From Eledone cirrhosa (Eukaryota), in assembly GCA_964016885.1 (NCBI GenBank), contig OZ024742.1, positions 53,134,001 through 53,198,000 on the forward strand: DNA of 64,000 bases. The letters are read 5' to 3'. The notes under the pieces were generated by a model. The model saw nothing but the letters and a program-made list of their open reading frames with translations. It was not told where the DNA came from and did not search any database. Shown piece after piece: positions 14,003-27,790 of this stretch (position 1 is its first letter; every line of letters starts with the position of its first letter). Both the position numbers and the translations under genes were made by a program.

Positions 14003-15222
14003 TATTTGATCACATGAATGTCTATATTTATTAATATTTTGAAGTAATATTAATAACTCCAGAAAACCTTCTGTAGAGTGCTTATAATCTATTGAGAAAC
14101 TTTATTCATTGATGAATTCATTGAACCTTGTTAAACTTTTAATCATTATATATATATATAGGATAAAGATCCTATAACTCCTTGTGGAGTTGTAGAGGCA
14201 TGTCATAAGGTGTGTCCAGGAAACATTTAAACCTGGTGGAGCTCAAACCTCTCCAAGTCTGAACACCGCTGATTTTTTCTATAGAGGAAGAATTGACCCC
14301 TGTACTGGACTGGTACTTTTTTTTATCAACCTCAAAAGGATGAAAGGCAAAGTTGACCACGACAGGATTTGAACTCAGAGTGCACAAAGAGGTGGGGAAA
14401 AAACGACTCTGCCAAATTTGCTTCTCTCTCTATATACACAAGAGTTCATTTTCCAGTCTCATTCTCAACAAGGAAGATGAAAAATACCTCAACACTTAAT
14501 CTTAAATCTTTAATTTTTAGTTATTAATTCTCTTTAATTGTAATACTCAACAATTGATAAGATGAATTTTACTAATACATCAAAACCGGTTACACTTTAC
14601 ATATTGTATATACATTATAACACTCTTTTTAAAAAGAATTGTCCCTCTCATTTTTTCAATAATGTCACTTTGACAAATCAAAGAAAGGAAAAAAAAGAAA
14701 AACAGACCCTTAAATATATTTTCCATGCTATTTCCAATCTCACCTTTTCTCTCTCTCTCTCTCTATATATATATATAAATGTGTATATACACACACACAC
14801 ACATACTTTAAAAAAAAACACAAACAAAAAATATTAAAAAGTAACATACATCAATTGTGTAGTCAGATAAATTTTATTTCTTCATTAAAAAATTATATTA
14901 CTTCTTATCCTTCTGTTTATCTAAAAGGATAATTAAAATTATTATAAATTAGTTAATTATTCATCATAACTGCTGTGACTTTCAAAAGAAATATATCACA
15001 TTTATTTACCCCATCCCACCTATCAGAAACCCATTCTACTTGGTGTTTGAAGAATGCTCAGTAACTTGCATGTAAATTTCACAAGCAGGTTGTTCCATTG
15101 GTCAAACAACTGGACTACTCGTCAGAATTGATGGAGGTCCAAAAGCAAAAACAAGACAGGATGATCCTGGTTAGCACACCTTTGATCATATGTTTCCTCA
15201 AAGAGGACAGAGCTAGGTTTAA

Positions 15223-15403
15223 ATAATTGTTTCTACTTTTGGCACAAGGCCAGCAATTTCCCAGTGTATTACTGGCACTTTATTTTATCGACCCCGTAAG
15301 GATGAAAGGCAAAGTTAACCTCGGCGGGATTTGAACTCAGAATGGCAAGGGCCGTAACTCTATGCGTCAAAGCATGGCGTCCGACCCTCTACCGATACTG
15401 CCA
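15223..15403 (-). mobile_element. Nin-domain SINE
   Basis: Near-identical to the copies at 6501 and 49079. Confidence 0.85.
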
Positions 15404-16415
15404 ATTATAATAACATCTTTTCTGTGACTTTGTTGTTTTGTTTTTTTGTTCTGTTCTATTTACCCGAGGAAAAGTTAACATTTTTTTTTACTTAGTTAAA
15501 CAATGATAATGATGATTAGTGATTCCATGGGGACATAAATACTGATTGAAGTTATAGAGGTGCTATTGTGGCATACAGCATGTCTTGGGCATTTAAAAAA
15601 ACCCGGTGGAACCCATCTGTCTCCAGTTCAAAACACAAACAATTACTTCCAAAGAAAGAGAGAGAGAAAGAGGAAGAATCAACCCCAGTATTAAACTGGT
15701 ACCTTACTTTATCAACCTCAAAAGGATGAAAGACAAAGATAACCTTGGTAGGATTTGAACTCGGAGAGTACAATGAGTCGGAACAAATGCCACAAAGCAT
15801 TCTATCTGATGTTCTAATAATTCTGCAACATCACCACCTTGACGAGGTGATAGAGATACATTAAATATGTTTACATTTAAAGTGTTTGGAACAAATGGCT
15901 GGGATTAACATGTAGGTAGAAAAGGATTTTTAGAAATATTAGTGGGAGGGAATAAAGAAAGACACTTTTACTCGAGTCATAGCTCTTTCAGTCTTCAGGC
16001 ACCAGTCCTACAGTTATGTCAAGAGAAAAAAACATCTTTACTTCAGTCATTGTTCAATTCCAGTCTCCAATCCTGCAGTTATTTCAATAGAAAAGACAGA
16101 TCTTTACTCAAGATCACTTTAGTACATCCTCCAATCCACAGTTATTTCAATTGAAAAGACAAATTACTCAAAATCACTTCAGTCATAATTATATCCTCCA
16201 GTCTCCAGTTATTCCAATGTCATTGTAATGTCCACCATATTAATTATCTTCACTGAGGAGTTAAACAATGACACTTCAAACTATCTTTAGAATATTATTT
16301 GATTAACAGCATCTTCAGGTTAGGTAGTGTTCAGAAACATTGTAAAGTAAGAGATACTACCAATATCTTCTTTACAATCACTGTATTGACCAATAAATCA
16401 ATTTTGACTCATTGA

Positions 16416-16449
16416 TCAGTTCAGGCCAGCCCGCCATGAAGGTATAGCT
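16416..16449 (-). CDS. CCDC112: CCDC112 exon 14 (last coding)
   Basis: tag|(R)AIPSWRAGLN* matches the C-terminal 'HRAIPTWRQG'. Summed CDS is 1446 nt = 481 aa + stop. Confidence 0.92.
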
Positions 16450-16834
16450 CTACAAAATAAAAATAAAAATCCATTTTTTTACATGTGTGTATGTGTATAT
16501 ATATATATAACCCTGGGGTTCTTAGAGCACTCGTGAAGAGTGAAAAACTGTGAATATTGTACATGGTCCATAAAAATGTCTAATAACGTCAAAATATAAA
16601 AAATTCCTGAGATCCATGGACGAGTTCTCTCCAGTAGTCTCTGTCCTTCATCATCACCGGCATGTCCTACTTTTATATATAATTTTATATATCCAAAGTT
16701 GAAAGTGCACTCAATCCAAGGACGAGATGTATTATGCAGTTATTTATTACATTAACAGTTCTTCGTTGTTGACAAATCATCGATCCAGAACCAACCAAAA
16801 CCCATCCAATAAAACGTCTAACAAAATCATTCAA

Positions 16835-17175
16835 CAAAGAGTTGCTGAAGCATGGAACAAACTACCTGCATCAGTTGTTAGCTGTCGAGACACTGCATCC
16901 TTTAAGGCCTCCATGCTTCCCGAGATCCGCCAACACTACAGCTAACACATACACACGTGTATTCCCTGTGTATTATTCTATGTACTATACATACACCTTT
17001 GACGAGTTGTAGTGCACCTGAGCACTTTACACAATAATTTCATTATTATGTGTATATCATGACTCATGCACTGTTCATTTTCCTGATGTTTGTACATTAC
17101 CCTATGTACTATACATACACTTTTTGATGAGTTGTAGTGCACCTGAGCACTACACAATATTTCATTATTATTATA
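16835..17175 (+). mobile_element. CR1-like LINE 3' end with duplicated tail
   Basis: RVAEAWNKLPASVVSCRDTASFK; 3' tail repeated twice (16977-17048, 17102-17172). Confidence 0.7.
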
Positions 17176-17349
17176 TATCAAAACCTAAAACTCATAACCA
17201 AGAAATTAATCTAATCCAATTTTAAACAGTTCAAAGAAAGACAATAACTTAAATTATGATTAAAAGCAACCATCTAATACTGGTACTAATAGACATTGAA
17301 TGATGATGATGTCTCATGCACACATTTATATATATATATGTATATTGTT

Positions 17350-18310
17350 GTAAAAACTTGGTTAAAAATATCTAAGGGGTTAGAACGAGTTATGCTGTAC
17401 AATAAGTTCTACAATGATGCCATTAGGTAAATACTCAAGTTTCGTTAGCCTTATGCCAACTCATTTAGTTTGCTATTTTATAATAGATTTACTTCATATA
17501 GGAGAGCTCTAAAGGTAAAGGGAAAGAATCATGTAAAGTTGTTACAGAGTAAACTCTGTAAGGGGTTAGGGAGAGAACTCTAAAAAGATTTAAAAAATAA
17601 AAAGGGGACTAACTGATGTACATAGAAGTTAAATGGATTTTTAGTCCAGCTTAGATCATCCCTTCAGAAAAAATTTTTTAATTTGTGTGGACAACGATTG
17701 AAGAGATCCAAATGGGTGTTCAAGCAGCTCTTTTTAGAATTGTGTAAGTATATTCCATTTTTCCGCCATACATAAATAACGTTTTCAACCTATTAATGTA
17801 GGGTGTAAAATTGTATGTAGAAATCCATGCCATTTTCTTTCACACCAAGGCAAGAAGTATACCATGAAGCTCACTAGCCACGTATGGAATCATAAAGAAA
17901 ATAGCACAGATTTCTCCATAAAATAGAAGGTACTAGAAAAATGGAATATACTTAAAATTTATTCTTTTTATAGTTCCCTCCCTTACCTCGTACAGTGTTT
18001 AATAGAACCTATAACAACCTAACATAATTCTATTCCCATAACTTTAGAATTCATCTATATGATCAATAATCTCCCTAGAAGGGAATCTCTTACAAAATGG
18101 CAGACTAAATGAGTTGGCATAAGGCTAACTAATGGCATTGTTATAGATCTTATTGTACACTCACAAAACCTTTTGCCGTCTGAAGAGCTCAGGCTCTCAT
18201 AATTGATAGTCCTCAGAGAAGTATGCATAACAGAGTTTTAAATAAACCTGAATCAACTGATTATAACCTCCAATCTTTTATTAATATATAAAGCTCCAGC
18301 TTGCACCATT
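17350..18310. mobile_element. Decayed Penelope-like remnant with inverted ends
   Basis: 17395-17480 inverted versus 18085-18160; minus-strand CLNTHLDLFNRCPHK resembles the Penelope C-terminus; degenerate hammerheads at 17427-17473 (-) and 18176-18242 (+). Confidence 0.55.
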
Positions 18311-18414
18311 TATACATGTCGTTGAGCACTTCCTTTTATCTGCTTCTCAGCCAACCAACCATAATGTGGTCCACACATCCCTGGTCGATTAACCCCATAT
18401 TCTAATTATATATA

Positions 18415-18948
18415 CGAGGGTGCTTCAAAACGTTTTTGAAAAAAGGACAGATGGAAAAAATGATTTTCAGTTATGATGTTTATTTTTCAACATATGCTCC
18501 ATCTAAATCAATACACTTCTGCAAGCGTTAATACCAGCCTTTAAGTTCATCTGTGTAAAACTGAGGGCCATATGATTTAAACCACGTCAAAGCAGCTTTT
18601 TTTTACATCTTCAACCTCATCTCTTTCATTTGTAAAACAACTTATCCATTTGTGGGCTATTCATTTCTTTGGGGCATTGTCCCCATAAACTTGCTCCAGG
18701 GCATCAATGATTTGGTTGCTCTTCCACCCTAGCTTCACCATGAATTTGTTGTTTTGATGGAAACCATGTTGTTCAAGCTGGTGCTGACTTCTGACTGGCA
18801 CCGCCATGTTGCAACATGCATTAAAGGGTTCATGTTAGAACATGTTATGACACGTTAGTACGAGAATGTACAGGTGCATTGAGATCAAAATCCCTGCATA
18901 TGATTTTTAGCTATGTACTTTTTCCACAAACCTTTTGAAGCCCCCTCG
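18415..18948 (-). mobile_element. Deleted mariner element
   Basis: TA-flanked TIRs CGAGGG(T/G)GCTTCAAAA; minus-strand transposase end RLQKCIDLDGAYVEK*. Confidence 0.85.
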
Positions 18949-19279
18949 TATATATAAATATTATATGTGTCATCATCATCATCCTCGTTTAACGTCCACT
19001 TTCCACGCTAGCGTGTCTGTGTTAATTTAATATATGTATGCTAGCAGAGAAATTGGATGTTAAATGATGATGATGACAATCATCATCATCATTATGAATT
19101 TAATTGAAGAACCTCAATCCAGTTACCTTACTTGTCTCAGAGAAACTGAATGCCATGGACCAAATCGTTCACACCAATGAGACACGTGTGTGTATCCATG
19201 TGACTTTATCACAGAATAAATTGAAGCTATGACATCCTTAACAACAACACTGTAAATTGAATATTTAAATATATATCAC

Positions 19280-19404
19280 CTGTGAGGTATATAAAGTAAA
19301 GGACCTGAAGCATTGTTATTGGTGGTGTTATCTTTTAACCTTTCCTTCCATCCAGCTGTTGGTTGAAGGAGTCGACTGGGATCACGCTGGGCTTCTACCT
19401 CCAC
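19280..19404 (-). CDS. CCDC112: CCDC112 exon 13
   Basis: cag|VEVEAQRDPSRLLQPTAGWKERLKDNTTNNNASGPLLYIPH|gtgat, with the conserved RDPSRL..PT.GW motif. Confidence 0.95.
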
Positions 19405-20199
19405 CTGTAAACACACATTTATGGTCAACTAAGTGTGGTGAGAACATTTCATAAGAATCAGTTAAAACTGATTCATGAACATACAAGCCAGCAACAACAG
19501 TTGCTGATAAGCTGTGAGTATCAGCAGGAAAGCATCACTTGCTATGTAGTTGGTTAGTATGGTGATTTCTATCTGTTTTTCACACACAGTCTCTCTCTCT
19601 CAACATTTTGTATGGGGAAAATAGTTTCAGTTTACGGACATTTTGGGTGATGAATGGCCTTCAGGAATGAATTAAGTTCATGAACCGAGGTTCTACTGTA
19701 CTCAAAATAAATGCTACAACAATATATACTACTACTACAGCCGTCACTCACAATGGAGTATGACTCTGTAGTATGTACTATGCTTTTGCTAAGAGTTTTA
19801 GGTACCCATGCAGTAATTGGCACACAGAAACACCCTCTCAACTCTCTTTCTATTGATCCAGGAAAACATCTAAGATGTGACAGCTGGAAGAAGAAAAAAA
19901 GAAAGCAAGAGGACTGCATCAGCACTGGGCAGGTACTTTCTTTATCGACCCCTGAAAGAATAAAAGGTAAAGTGGACCTCAGAGAAGATTGAACTCAGAA
20001 CACAGAGACCTGGAACATGGAAAAAAACATCCAATGCTCTAACAACTCTCAAATCAACAGCCTTACTACAACAGAATGACAAGGTGGTCACAGCTGAATG
20101 CTTTAATCATTATGGCTGACATAGGGCTAAACAACAAGTGGGATTTGAACTCACAGTGTAGAAACAAATACCACAAGGAATTTTCTTTTTACTCACACA

Positions 20200-20372
20200 A
20201 CACTACCAATTCCATACCATTAACTAACTCCACACAACACTACCAATTCCCTTCTATTAACCAACTCCTTACAGCACTACTAATTCCCTTCCATTAACCA
20301 ACTCCATACAACACTACCAATTCTCTACCATTAACCAACTCCATACAATACCAATTCACTACCATTAACCAG
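20200..20372. repeat. ~35-bp minisatellite
   Basis: Repeated actaccaattcc.t.ccattaaccaactcc.tacaac. Confidence 0.75.
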
Positions 20373-20505
20373 CTTATGAAAGCTGAATAAAAAAACAAAT
20401 AACAATCAAGTTTGGAAAGTCTCAGACAGAAAAAAATAAGTGAGTAGGATTAAAGGTTTTTGAGATATCATCAGAAGTGTTCTGTAAACACCACAAAAAT
20501 CTCAC

Positions 20506-20601
20506 CTGTTTTCTCAGAGTTTCTAACCGTTTCTCTTTCTTTTCAGCTATTTCTTCTTTTTGTTTCACTTTCTGAATTTTCTCAGCAGTTTTCAATCGAT
20601 C
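20506..20601 (-). CDS. CCDC112: CCDC112 exon 12
   Basis: aag|DRLKTAEKIQKVKQKEEIAEKKEKRLETLRKQ|gtgag. Confidence 0.9.
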
Positions 20602-22254
20602 CTTTAAAAAATAGAATTTAACACTCAAATATATATATACACAATCCTGATGTTAATCGGGTGACCACTGTCACAGAAGGTACTCAATACATTAGTAGAA
20701 TATAGATATATTGATTTTATTAAAATATACATATCATACTTTTACATCTGTTTTTCTTTACATGCATTGGTTGGACCGGTATATGTGCCTCAGGGAAGGC
20801 AACCTGCCTAGAAGAACAGTTACTCCACATAATTAAAACTGCACTCAGTAGACAAAGACTCTGTAAACTGAAGGGAAGGTAATTCATCTAGGAGAGCAGT
20901 TAATCTGAATTAAAACTGATAGAGGATTGAGAAAAGTCCTGTCAGACCACCTTTTTAGTGATGGTGGCACAATGAAATGTTCCCAGTTTATACAGAGCCA
21001 TAGAGACTCTCTAATGATGGCGGCACGATATGTACCCAGTCCATACAGAGAAGAATAAATTTTCTAGTGATGGTAGCACAATAAAATGTTCCTAGTCCAT
21101 ACTCAGTAGAATTGACTCTTTAGTGGTGGTGGCACAATAAAACGATTCTAATCCATACTGCGTAGTAGGGACTCTAGTGATGGTGGCACGATAAAATGTT
21201 CCCAGTCCATATAGAGTAGAATAGATACTAGTGAGGTGCCACAATAAAATTTACCTAATCTTTGCTATAAAGAGGCTGGTGATAAGAAGAGCATCCATCT
21301 AGAAGACTTCTGCCAAAAGGAAACATCTCTAGCATAACATACAGTATTTAAAATAATTGCATATACATGGTTAACTTCAACTATCCTAGTGTTGCACACA
21401 GTAGTGTGGCCAGCCTAGCCGAGTGGGAGAACCCCTTAATTCAAATTATCAGATATCCCCTTTCAAGTACAGAGAGCTAATACCAAAATATGTCCTAACC
21501 ACTAAGGGACACTCTCTACTATAAAGTAACCCCATTCAAGGCTGGCACACTGAAAGTTTGAGTAACCCTTTAACATTTAAACCGGCCATATCTGCCCAAA
21601 ATTCTCTCACCTCTTTCTGTTTAAACCAGCTGTAACTGGCTGCTCATACTGACATTAAGATATTGTTGTCAAAATAATTAACATGAAAATCTTGTAGATT
21701 CGATATTATGTGAGATAATTATGTAAGATAAAGCCTTTACCACAAAAAATACAATAGTATATATAGAGTAATGTGAAAGGTTAAGGGAAATTGTGGAGAT
21801 GTTTAGGAGGAAACGAGTAGCAATGTGCTGTGTATAAGAGGTGAAATGGATGGGTACATCAACTAAACTCCTCACAGGCAAACAGTTTAGAGTATTAGAG
21901 TATTTTTCCAGTACAGTACATTAGGGTTATTTCATATAGGGTTTTAATCTGACTATGACATCACACTTGACAAACCAAACATGGCATAAAAATGTGTTTC
22001 TTAGTTTAATTTTTATCTCATTTCTCATACTCCTCATATCACTGTTGTAGCCACTCAGGTCTGGATTAAACATTAAGCAAAATAAACACATGCTTAGGGC
22101 ATCAAAGGAGCAGGGGCACCATTTTATTCAAATAAGCACATGTTTAGGGCATCAATCAATTTTAGCTCATGGACACTCACACATTCACACACACTCACAA
22201 ACCTCTTTCACATATACCCACACACTATGGACCAGAATGACAGAGTCATACTAC

Positions 22255-22404
22255 CTTTTCTCTAAATCGTACCACTTCCAAAGACGCCAGTCTACGCCGT
22301 GCCTCATCCTCAATCATTTCCTCTCGTTCTTGCTGTCTCTTTAGCTCCATTAGTTCTTTGTGTTTAGCCTCTCTATATTCCTGAACATATTTCCTCAGTT
22401 CTAA
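22255..22404 (-). CDS. CCDC112: CCDC112 exon 11
   Basis: cag|LELRKYVQEYREAKHKELMELKRQQEREEMIEDEARRRLASLEVVRFREK|gtagt. Confidence 0.9.
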
Positions 22405-23227
22405 CTGAAAAATATGCAAATATACACATCTATAAGCACAGGCATGGCTGTAATGGCAGAAGAGTTTGTTTCACAACCACAGGGTTTCAGGTTCAGTCCT
22501 ACTGTGTGGCATCATGAGTAAGTGTCCTTTATTATAGCCTCAGGTTTACCAATTTGACTTTCTAGTGATGGTGGCACAATAAAATTTGGTAGACAGAAAC
22601 TGTAAAAGCTGCTACTGCTTCCTCATCCTTCGTCTTCTTCTTTAGAACACAGAATGTAAAGACTTGTAACTTAATACTAGATAGCATTTTAACCTAAGCA
22701 CTAATCTCTTTGCAGTAAAATTATCCTTGGGATGAATTTGCTGTTGTATGAAAATGTGATCATATACCATATTCAACAGTCGCAACAAAAATAATTATGT
22801 TAACACCTGGACTCCAAAATTTAAATATGTTCGATGCTATTGCCATCATTATTGACGGCAATAATCCTCTTGTGTAATAATGATTACTTTTATTTGCCAA
22901 TAGGTATCAGATATAGGAAATGTTACAAAAACAGATTACATTATTAACATTGGGATTTACATAGAAATGAGAAACAGGTGTGACATGTATACATAGTATA
23001 CAAGTTGGGTATAAATAGTATACAGTTATATCAGTCATTCAGTCCTCCTGTTATAGAGCTGTATACCTATGGCTAATTGAGGAATACCACAGATCCACAA
23101 TTGCTTTGACCACCAGGGGGCCAGTGCCCTCTCCCAACTACTGTTATTCAGCCTGCAGGTACAAGCTGAGAGCAGTCCCATAATAGTAATAAGGATAATA
23201 ATACCCACCCATACAGTTAGGACTTAC

Positions 23228-23323
23228 TTTCTTCTTATTTTCTTTCTCTTTTTTCCTCTCTTCAGCAAGTTTCTCCTTCATTTTTAAGTCTTCTTCCTTT
23301 GCTTTCTCTGTGGCTTGTTGTGA
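23228..23323 (-). CDS. CCDC112: CCDC112 exon 10
   Basis: tag|SQQATEKAKEEDLKMKEKLAEERKKEKENKKK|gtaagt. Confidence 0.88.
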
Positions 23324-23599
23324 CTACAATTTGAATGAAATAAAACATACAAAGGAATCCTAAGACAAATGTAACCCTTTCATTACTATATGCCTGATGA
23401 GTTGTACTGCCTATGCTTTCAATTAATCTTGAAAATATAAATTTGGAAGGATTTAGTAAATGTAAGTAAGCGGGTTTTCGGAATGTAGTGTTACAAAAAT
23501 TTATGATGGACAGTTTTAGTTTAAATATGAGCATTATAAAATGGAGTTTTGTGTAGGCTGGTATTCAAAGAGTTAAAAAAGATTACAAGCTATATTTAC

Positions 23600-23722
23600 C
23601 TTCCATTGTTGAATCTGGGCCAGTTTTAGCTGCCGCTCTTCCTCCATTTTTTTCTGCCAAACCAAATTCTTTGATTTGTTGTCTTCATCTGGAAATGTTT
23701 CTTTTAAAGATTGTTTTTCTTT
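23600..23722 (-). CDS. CCDC112: CCDC112 exon 9
   Basis: tag|KEKQSLKETFPDEDNKSKNLVWQKKMEEERQLKLAQIQQWK|gtaaat. Confidence 0.9.
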
Positions 23723-25319
23723 CTATCAATGAAACAACAAAACTAATAAATCATCACCATTATTATCATTTAATGTTCGCTTACATACAGCCCTATGTTC
23801 TACAGAGTGCATGTTATCGGAGCACAAATACCGGGGAGATTGTCATGTCTTTGACACAACTGAAGGGACTTCATTCAATTATATTTTACTTTCAATTTCT
23901 CTATCTTGGTTTTAGAATAGTTATGCGATATCCCTGTGTGTTGCGAGAAGTGATTAAAAAAGTAGGTATAAGGAAGAGCAAATGACAGTAAAACACTGCT
24001 TCAAAGAGTGCCAAACCCATGCCAGCATGGGAAGTGGATGTAATAATGATGACAATGAGGAACAGTGCCTACTGACACTAGAAGCACATTGAGGAAACAA
24101 GGAAAACTGTATGAAGTTGTTGATGTTGATAATCCTTGGATTTATCCCTGACAAAATAAACACAATCAAAATATGGTTCAGCCATAACCACCCCTTCTTA
24201 TTTTTGTTTTCAGACTTGTCAAAGTCTCAGAATATGACAACCTGTTTAACATATGGAGGCATGGAAAATTAAGATTCTGAGTTCAATTCCTCGTGATGTT
24301 TTGTGTCCTTGAGCAAGACATATTAATTCATATCATTCCAGTTCATTCCACTGAGAAAAATGAATTGTACCTGTAGTTCAAAGGGTTACTCCGAATCTCC
24401 CTGAGAAATGTATTACAGGTACATGTGTCTGCATAAAATATATACAAACTCATTAATATTTGATTCAATTAAGGTAGGATTAGAACCTTATTAGAACTCA
24501 ATGTAGATTGTTTCTGATGATTTACATGCTTCAGCATATGTGGCATGGGGAATTCCATTTACAGTTTCAATATTTTCAAATGATGTTGGCCCTCTAACAG
24601 TGTGAAGGAGTGACTTCAAATAGAAACAACCCTTATGTCTAGGATAGACCGTTCAATATATATAATGCACTAGCTGAGGTTCTCTGCAATGCCCAGGTAT
24701 TTTATGAAAGTAATTATATTTTGGTACACATTGCAAAATATTTGACTAGTAAAATAGGATTACTCTATTTCCTCTGAAGTAGGATTTAAAGCAGGATTTT
24801 CATTGTCGCTTATTTAATGCAAAGTATCTAGATAAAAATATTATTAGTTTTATCCATTGGTGTTCTTTTGAATATTACTCCCTTTTTACAGTCAGCACAT
24901 ATAATGCTTCACCCATAGATGAATCATTAGGTATGTTGTTAGTGAAAAAGACAGGACCAAAAAATAAATTTGGAATTTTTTTTATTTATCTTTTTTGCAC
25001 AATCAGAGCCTTCGAAATTCAAAACAAAACTCCTGAAGGCTATTTTGAAAACCATAAATAAAATAAAATACAAAATAAAGTCAACATTGGTTCATGTATG
25101 AACTATTATGAAGCATTTACTTAGCCATTTCTGTAATCCAAGAAAGTATATTTCGATTTTTACACTAACTTTCATTCACCTTTACCTCAATAGCAAAAAA
25201 ACATTATTAATACAAGGGAAATAATTGCAGTCTATTTATTTAGAGTTATCTTCCTTCGTCCAGTATTTAATTTTTCTTTTTTACAAAAAAGTGCCCAGCC
25301 TAGACTTTCAAGTGTTTGT

Positions 25320-26410
25320 GTAGGAGTCACAACAAAAAGCACTCAGTACATACTGTAAATGTGGTTGGTGTTAGGAAGGGCATCCAGCCATAGACACCAA
25401 GCCAAAATCAGTTCTGTATGAGCAAGACATGGTCATGTGACCTGGCTTGTCTCACAACGAGACAACTCATCTAACTCATGCTAATGTGGAAGATGGACGT
25501 TTAAACAATGAGGATGAATTAGTTTCCTTCGTTTTAGTGTCATAATTAAAAAGGAAATTCTAATATGCAAGATAGGTTCTAATGATAGTAAGTATAGCAA
25601 ATTAATATACACATATTTAATATTTCTAATGTATTACATGATTAAAATATATATTTAATCTCACAGAATAATACTGTATTTAAAGCTGGATCATCATCAT
25701 CATCATTGTTTAACGTCAATCTTCCACGCTAGCATGGGTTAGACGAGAATTGTCCCACTTGAAGCAAGATTGGTCGGGTGACCGTGTCTCGCTCATATAA
25801 GACTATCTGGCAGATTTTCTATGGCTGGATGCCCTTCCTAACATCAACCACATTTACAGTGTGGACTGGGAGCTTTTTACCGTGTTACCTACATGGCCAC
25901 ATTACAGCGTAGACTGTTTTTTTTTGTTGTGACACCTACACGACCTCATTAGTTTGGACTGGATGTTGTGGTACCAACATAACTTTACAGAGAAAGGGTG
26001 GTGTTGGTAGGAGTGGGAGGATGGAGTAGGGGTGGTGGGTTGGGTGTATATTTGGTTAAGCAGTGCCAACTGACTAGGATTCGCTTGCGTAAATTAATTA
26101 TTTCTGTATAATAAAGTATGCTCAGAAAAACCATATCCTGAGCTACACATCTTAGCCTAAAAAGTAACCAATTAATCTTCAAACCAGTTACTGTTTTATC
26201 AGTCGTAGTGTTTGTGTAGGAGACACGACAAAAAGCACCCAGCACACACTGTAAATGTGGTTGGTGTTAGGAAGGGCATTCAGCCATAGAAATCGAGCCA
26301 GAAACAGTCCTATATGAGCGAGACACGGTCACACGACCCAACTTGCCTCTAATGGGACAAACTCGCCTAACTCATGCTAGTGTGAAAAATATATGTTAAA
26401 CGATGATAAT
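25320..26410. mobile_element. Three copies (+,-,+) of a short retroelement with a (GAT)n tail
   Basis: 'gtaaatgtggttggtgttaggaagggcatccagccataga...gttaaacgatgatg' at ~25340, ~25690 (inverted) and ~26200; also at ~4150, ~28350, ~33360 and ~34300. Confidence 0.7.
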
Positions 26411-26836
26411 GTAATTGGTGTGATAGGCGACAAATTGGCAGAGTTGTTAGGTCGAATAGAATAATATGTGGTATTTGTTGCAGCTCTCTGCTCTCTGGGT
26501 TCAAGTTCAGCACAGGTGAACTTTGCTTTTCATCCTTTCATGGTCAATAAAAAGAGTCCATTACTGAGGTCAATTCTTTCTCAATATCACTTTCTCACTT
26601 CCACTCTATTATTTGCTCTTTTTCTCTGGAAGAAATCAGCCATGTTCACACATGGAGAGGAGATGGGTTCTGCCAGTTTTTTTAAAAATGAAATGTTGTA
26701 TATCAATATGACTTCATCAGGAGTTATGGGTTAACGAGAAAGAACCAATGGTTGATTCTGTTTTATAGAACTAGAACCTTTGGGTAGGTTGTTGCCAAAA
26801 GGGTTAAAAACTATTAGAAAGTGAATGTGAACTTAC

Positions 26837-26986
26837 CAGTTTTAATTCTTTCCATTGATTTATAGCTTCTTTCTTCTCTTGATTGAGCTGCAGGTAACGA
26901 TCATACCATTCTATATGTTGTACCATGTCATCAGTGGATTTCCCAGGGAGAGATGGCAATACTTGCTCAAGGAATTTATTCCTATT
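26837..26986 (-). CDS. CCDC112: CCDC112 exon 8
   Basis: tag|NRNKFLEQVLPSLPGKSTDDMVQHIEWYDRYLQLNQEKKEAINQWKELKL|gtaag. Confidence 0.93.
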
Positions 26987-27204
26987 CTATATTCATATAT
27001 ATATATATATATATTCACACCTTTAAACATGTAACACATAATATACAATGGAATAAACAGCAATGTCAGTCTGTAAGGACTGAAACATATTACTACCAAA
27101 CACTGTTAAAGTCTTAACCACTAGAGTAGATCACCATATGTATACACATACACTGTTATAATCTTCATGAGAATATATGATCATATATATATATATATAT
27201 GATT

Positions 27205-27790
27205 AGTGCACAGGAGCTTACAGGAAATAAGCTCTATTAAATGCTCAGCGGGATCTGTAGAAGTTGATGGCTTCTGTTACCTGGGTGACCAAATTAGCAG
27301 TGTAAGTGGATGTTCTGGAAGTATAGTAGCCAGATTGAGAACAGGCTCGAGAAAGTTCAAGGAGTTACTACCACTGCTAACTACGACGGGGTTTTTTCCC
27401 TTAAAATGAAAGGCAGATTGTATGATGCTTGTGTACGAACAGCAATGCTATATAGAAGTGAGACCTGGGCTCTGTGTACAAAGTTTGGAAAGAAATGAAG
27501 CTTGAATGCCTCAATGGATATGTAATAGTAGTGTGTATGAACAATGAACTAAGAGAAAAACTTGGCATAAGAGGAGTCAGATGGAGTGTGCAGAAGAGGT
27601 TACAGTGATATGGACATGTGATGTGCATGGAGCATGACAGCTGTATAAAAAGGGGCAGGGCACTCAAAGTTGATGGAAGAGGAAGACCTAAGAAAGCCTG
27701 GGGTGAAATGATAAAAGGTGACCTTGCACAATTAAACCTCTCAAAGGAGATAGCACAGGATCATGATCTCTGGCATTAAGCTATACTGCA
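27205..27790 (+). mobile_element. RTE-clade LINE 3' fragment
   Basis: VDGFCYLGDQIS..ARLRTG..KFKELLPLL..KGRLYDACVRTAMLY.SETW..YGHVM..RGRPKKAW, frameshifted. Confidence 0.85.

Noticed and set aside
23390-23440. CTGATGA in a CCDC112 intron
   Set aside because: No paired stems around a downstream GAAA; chance match.
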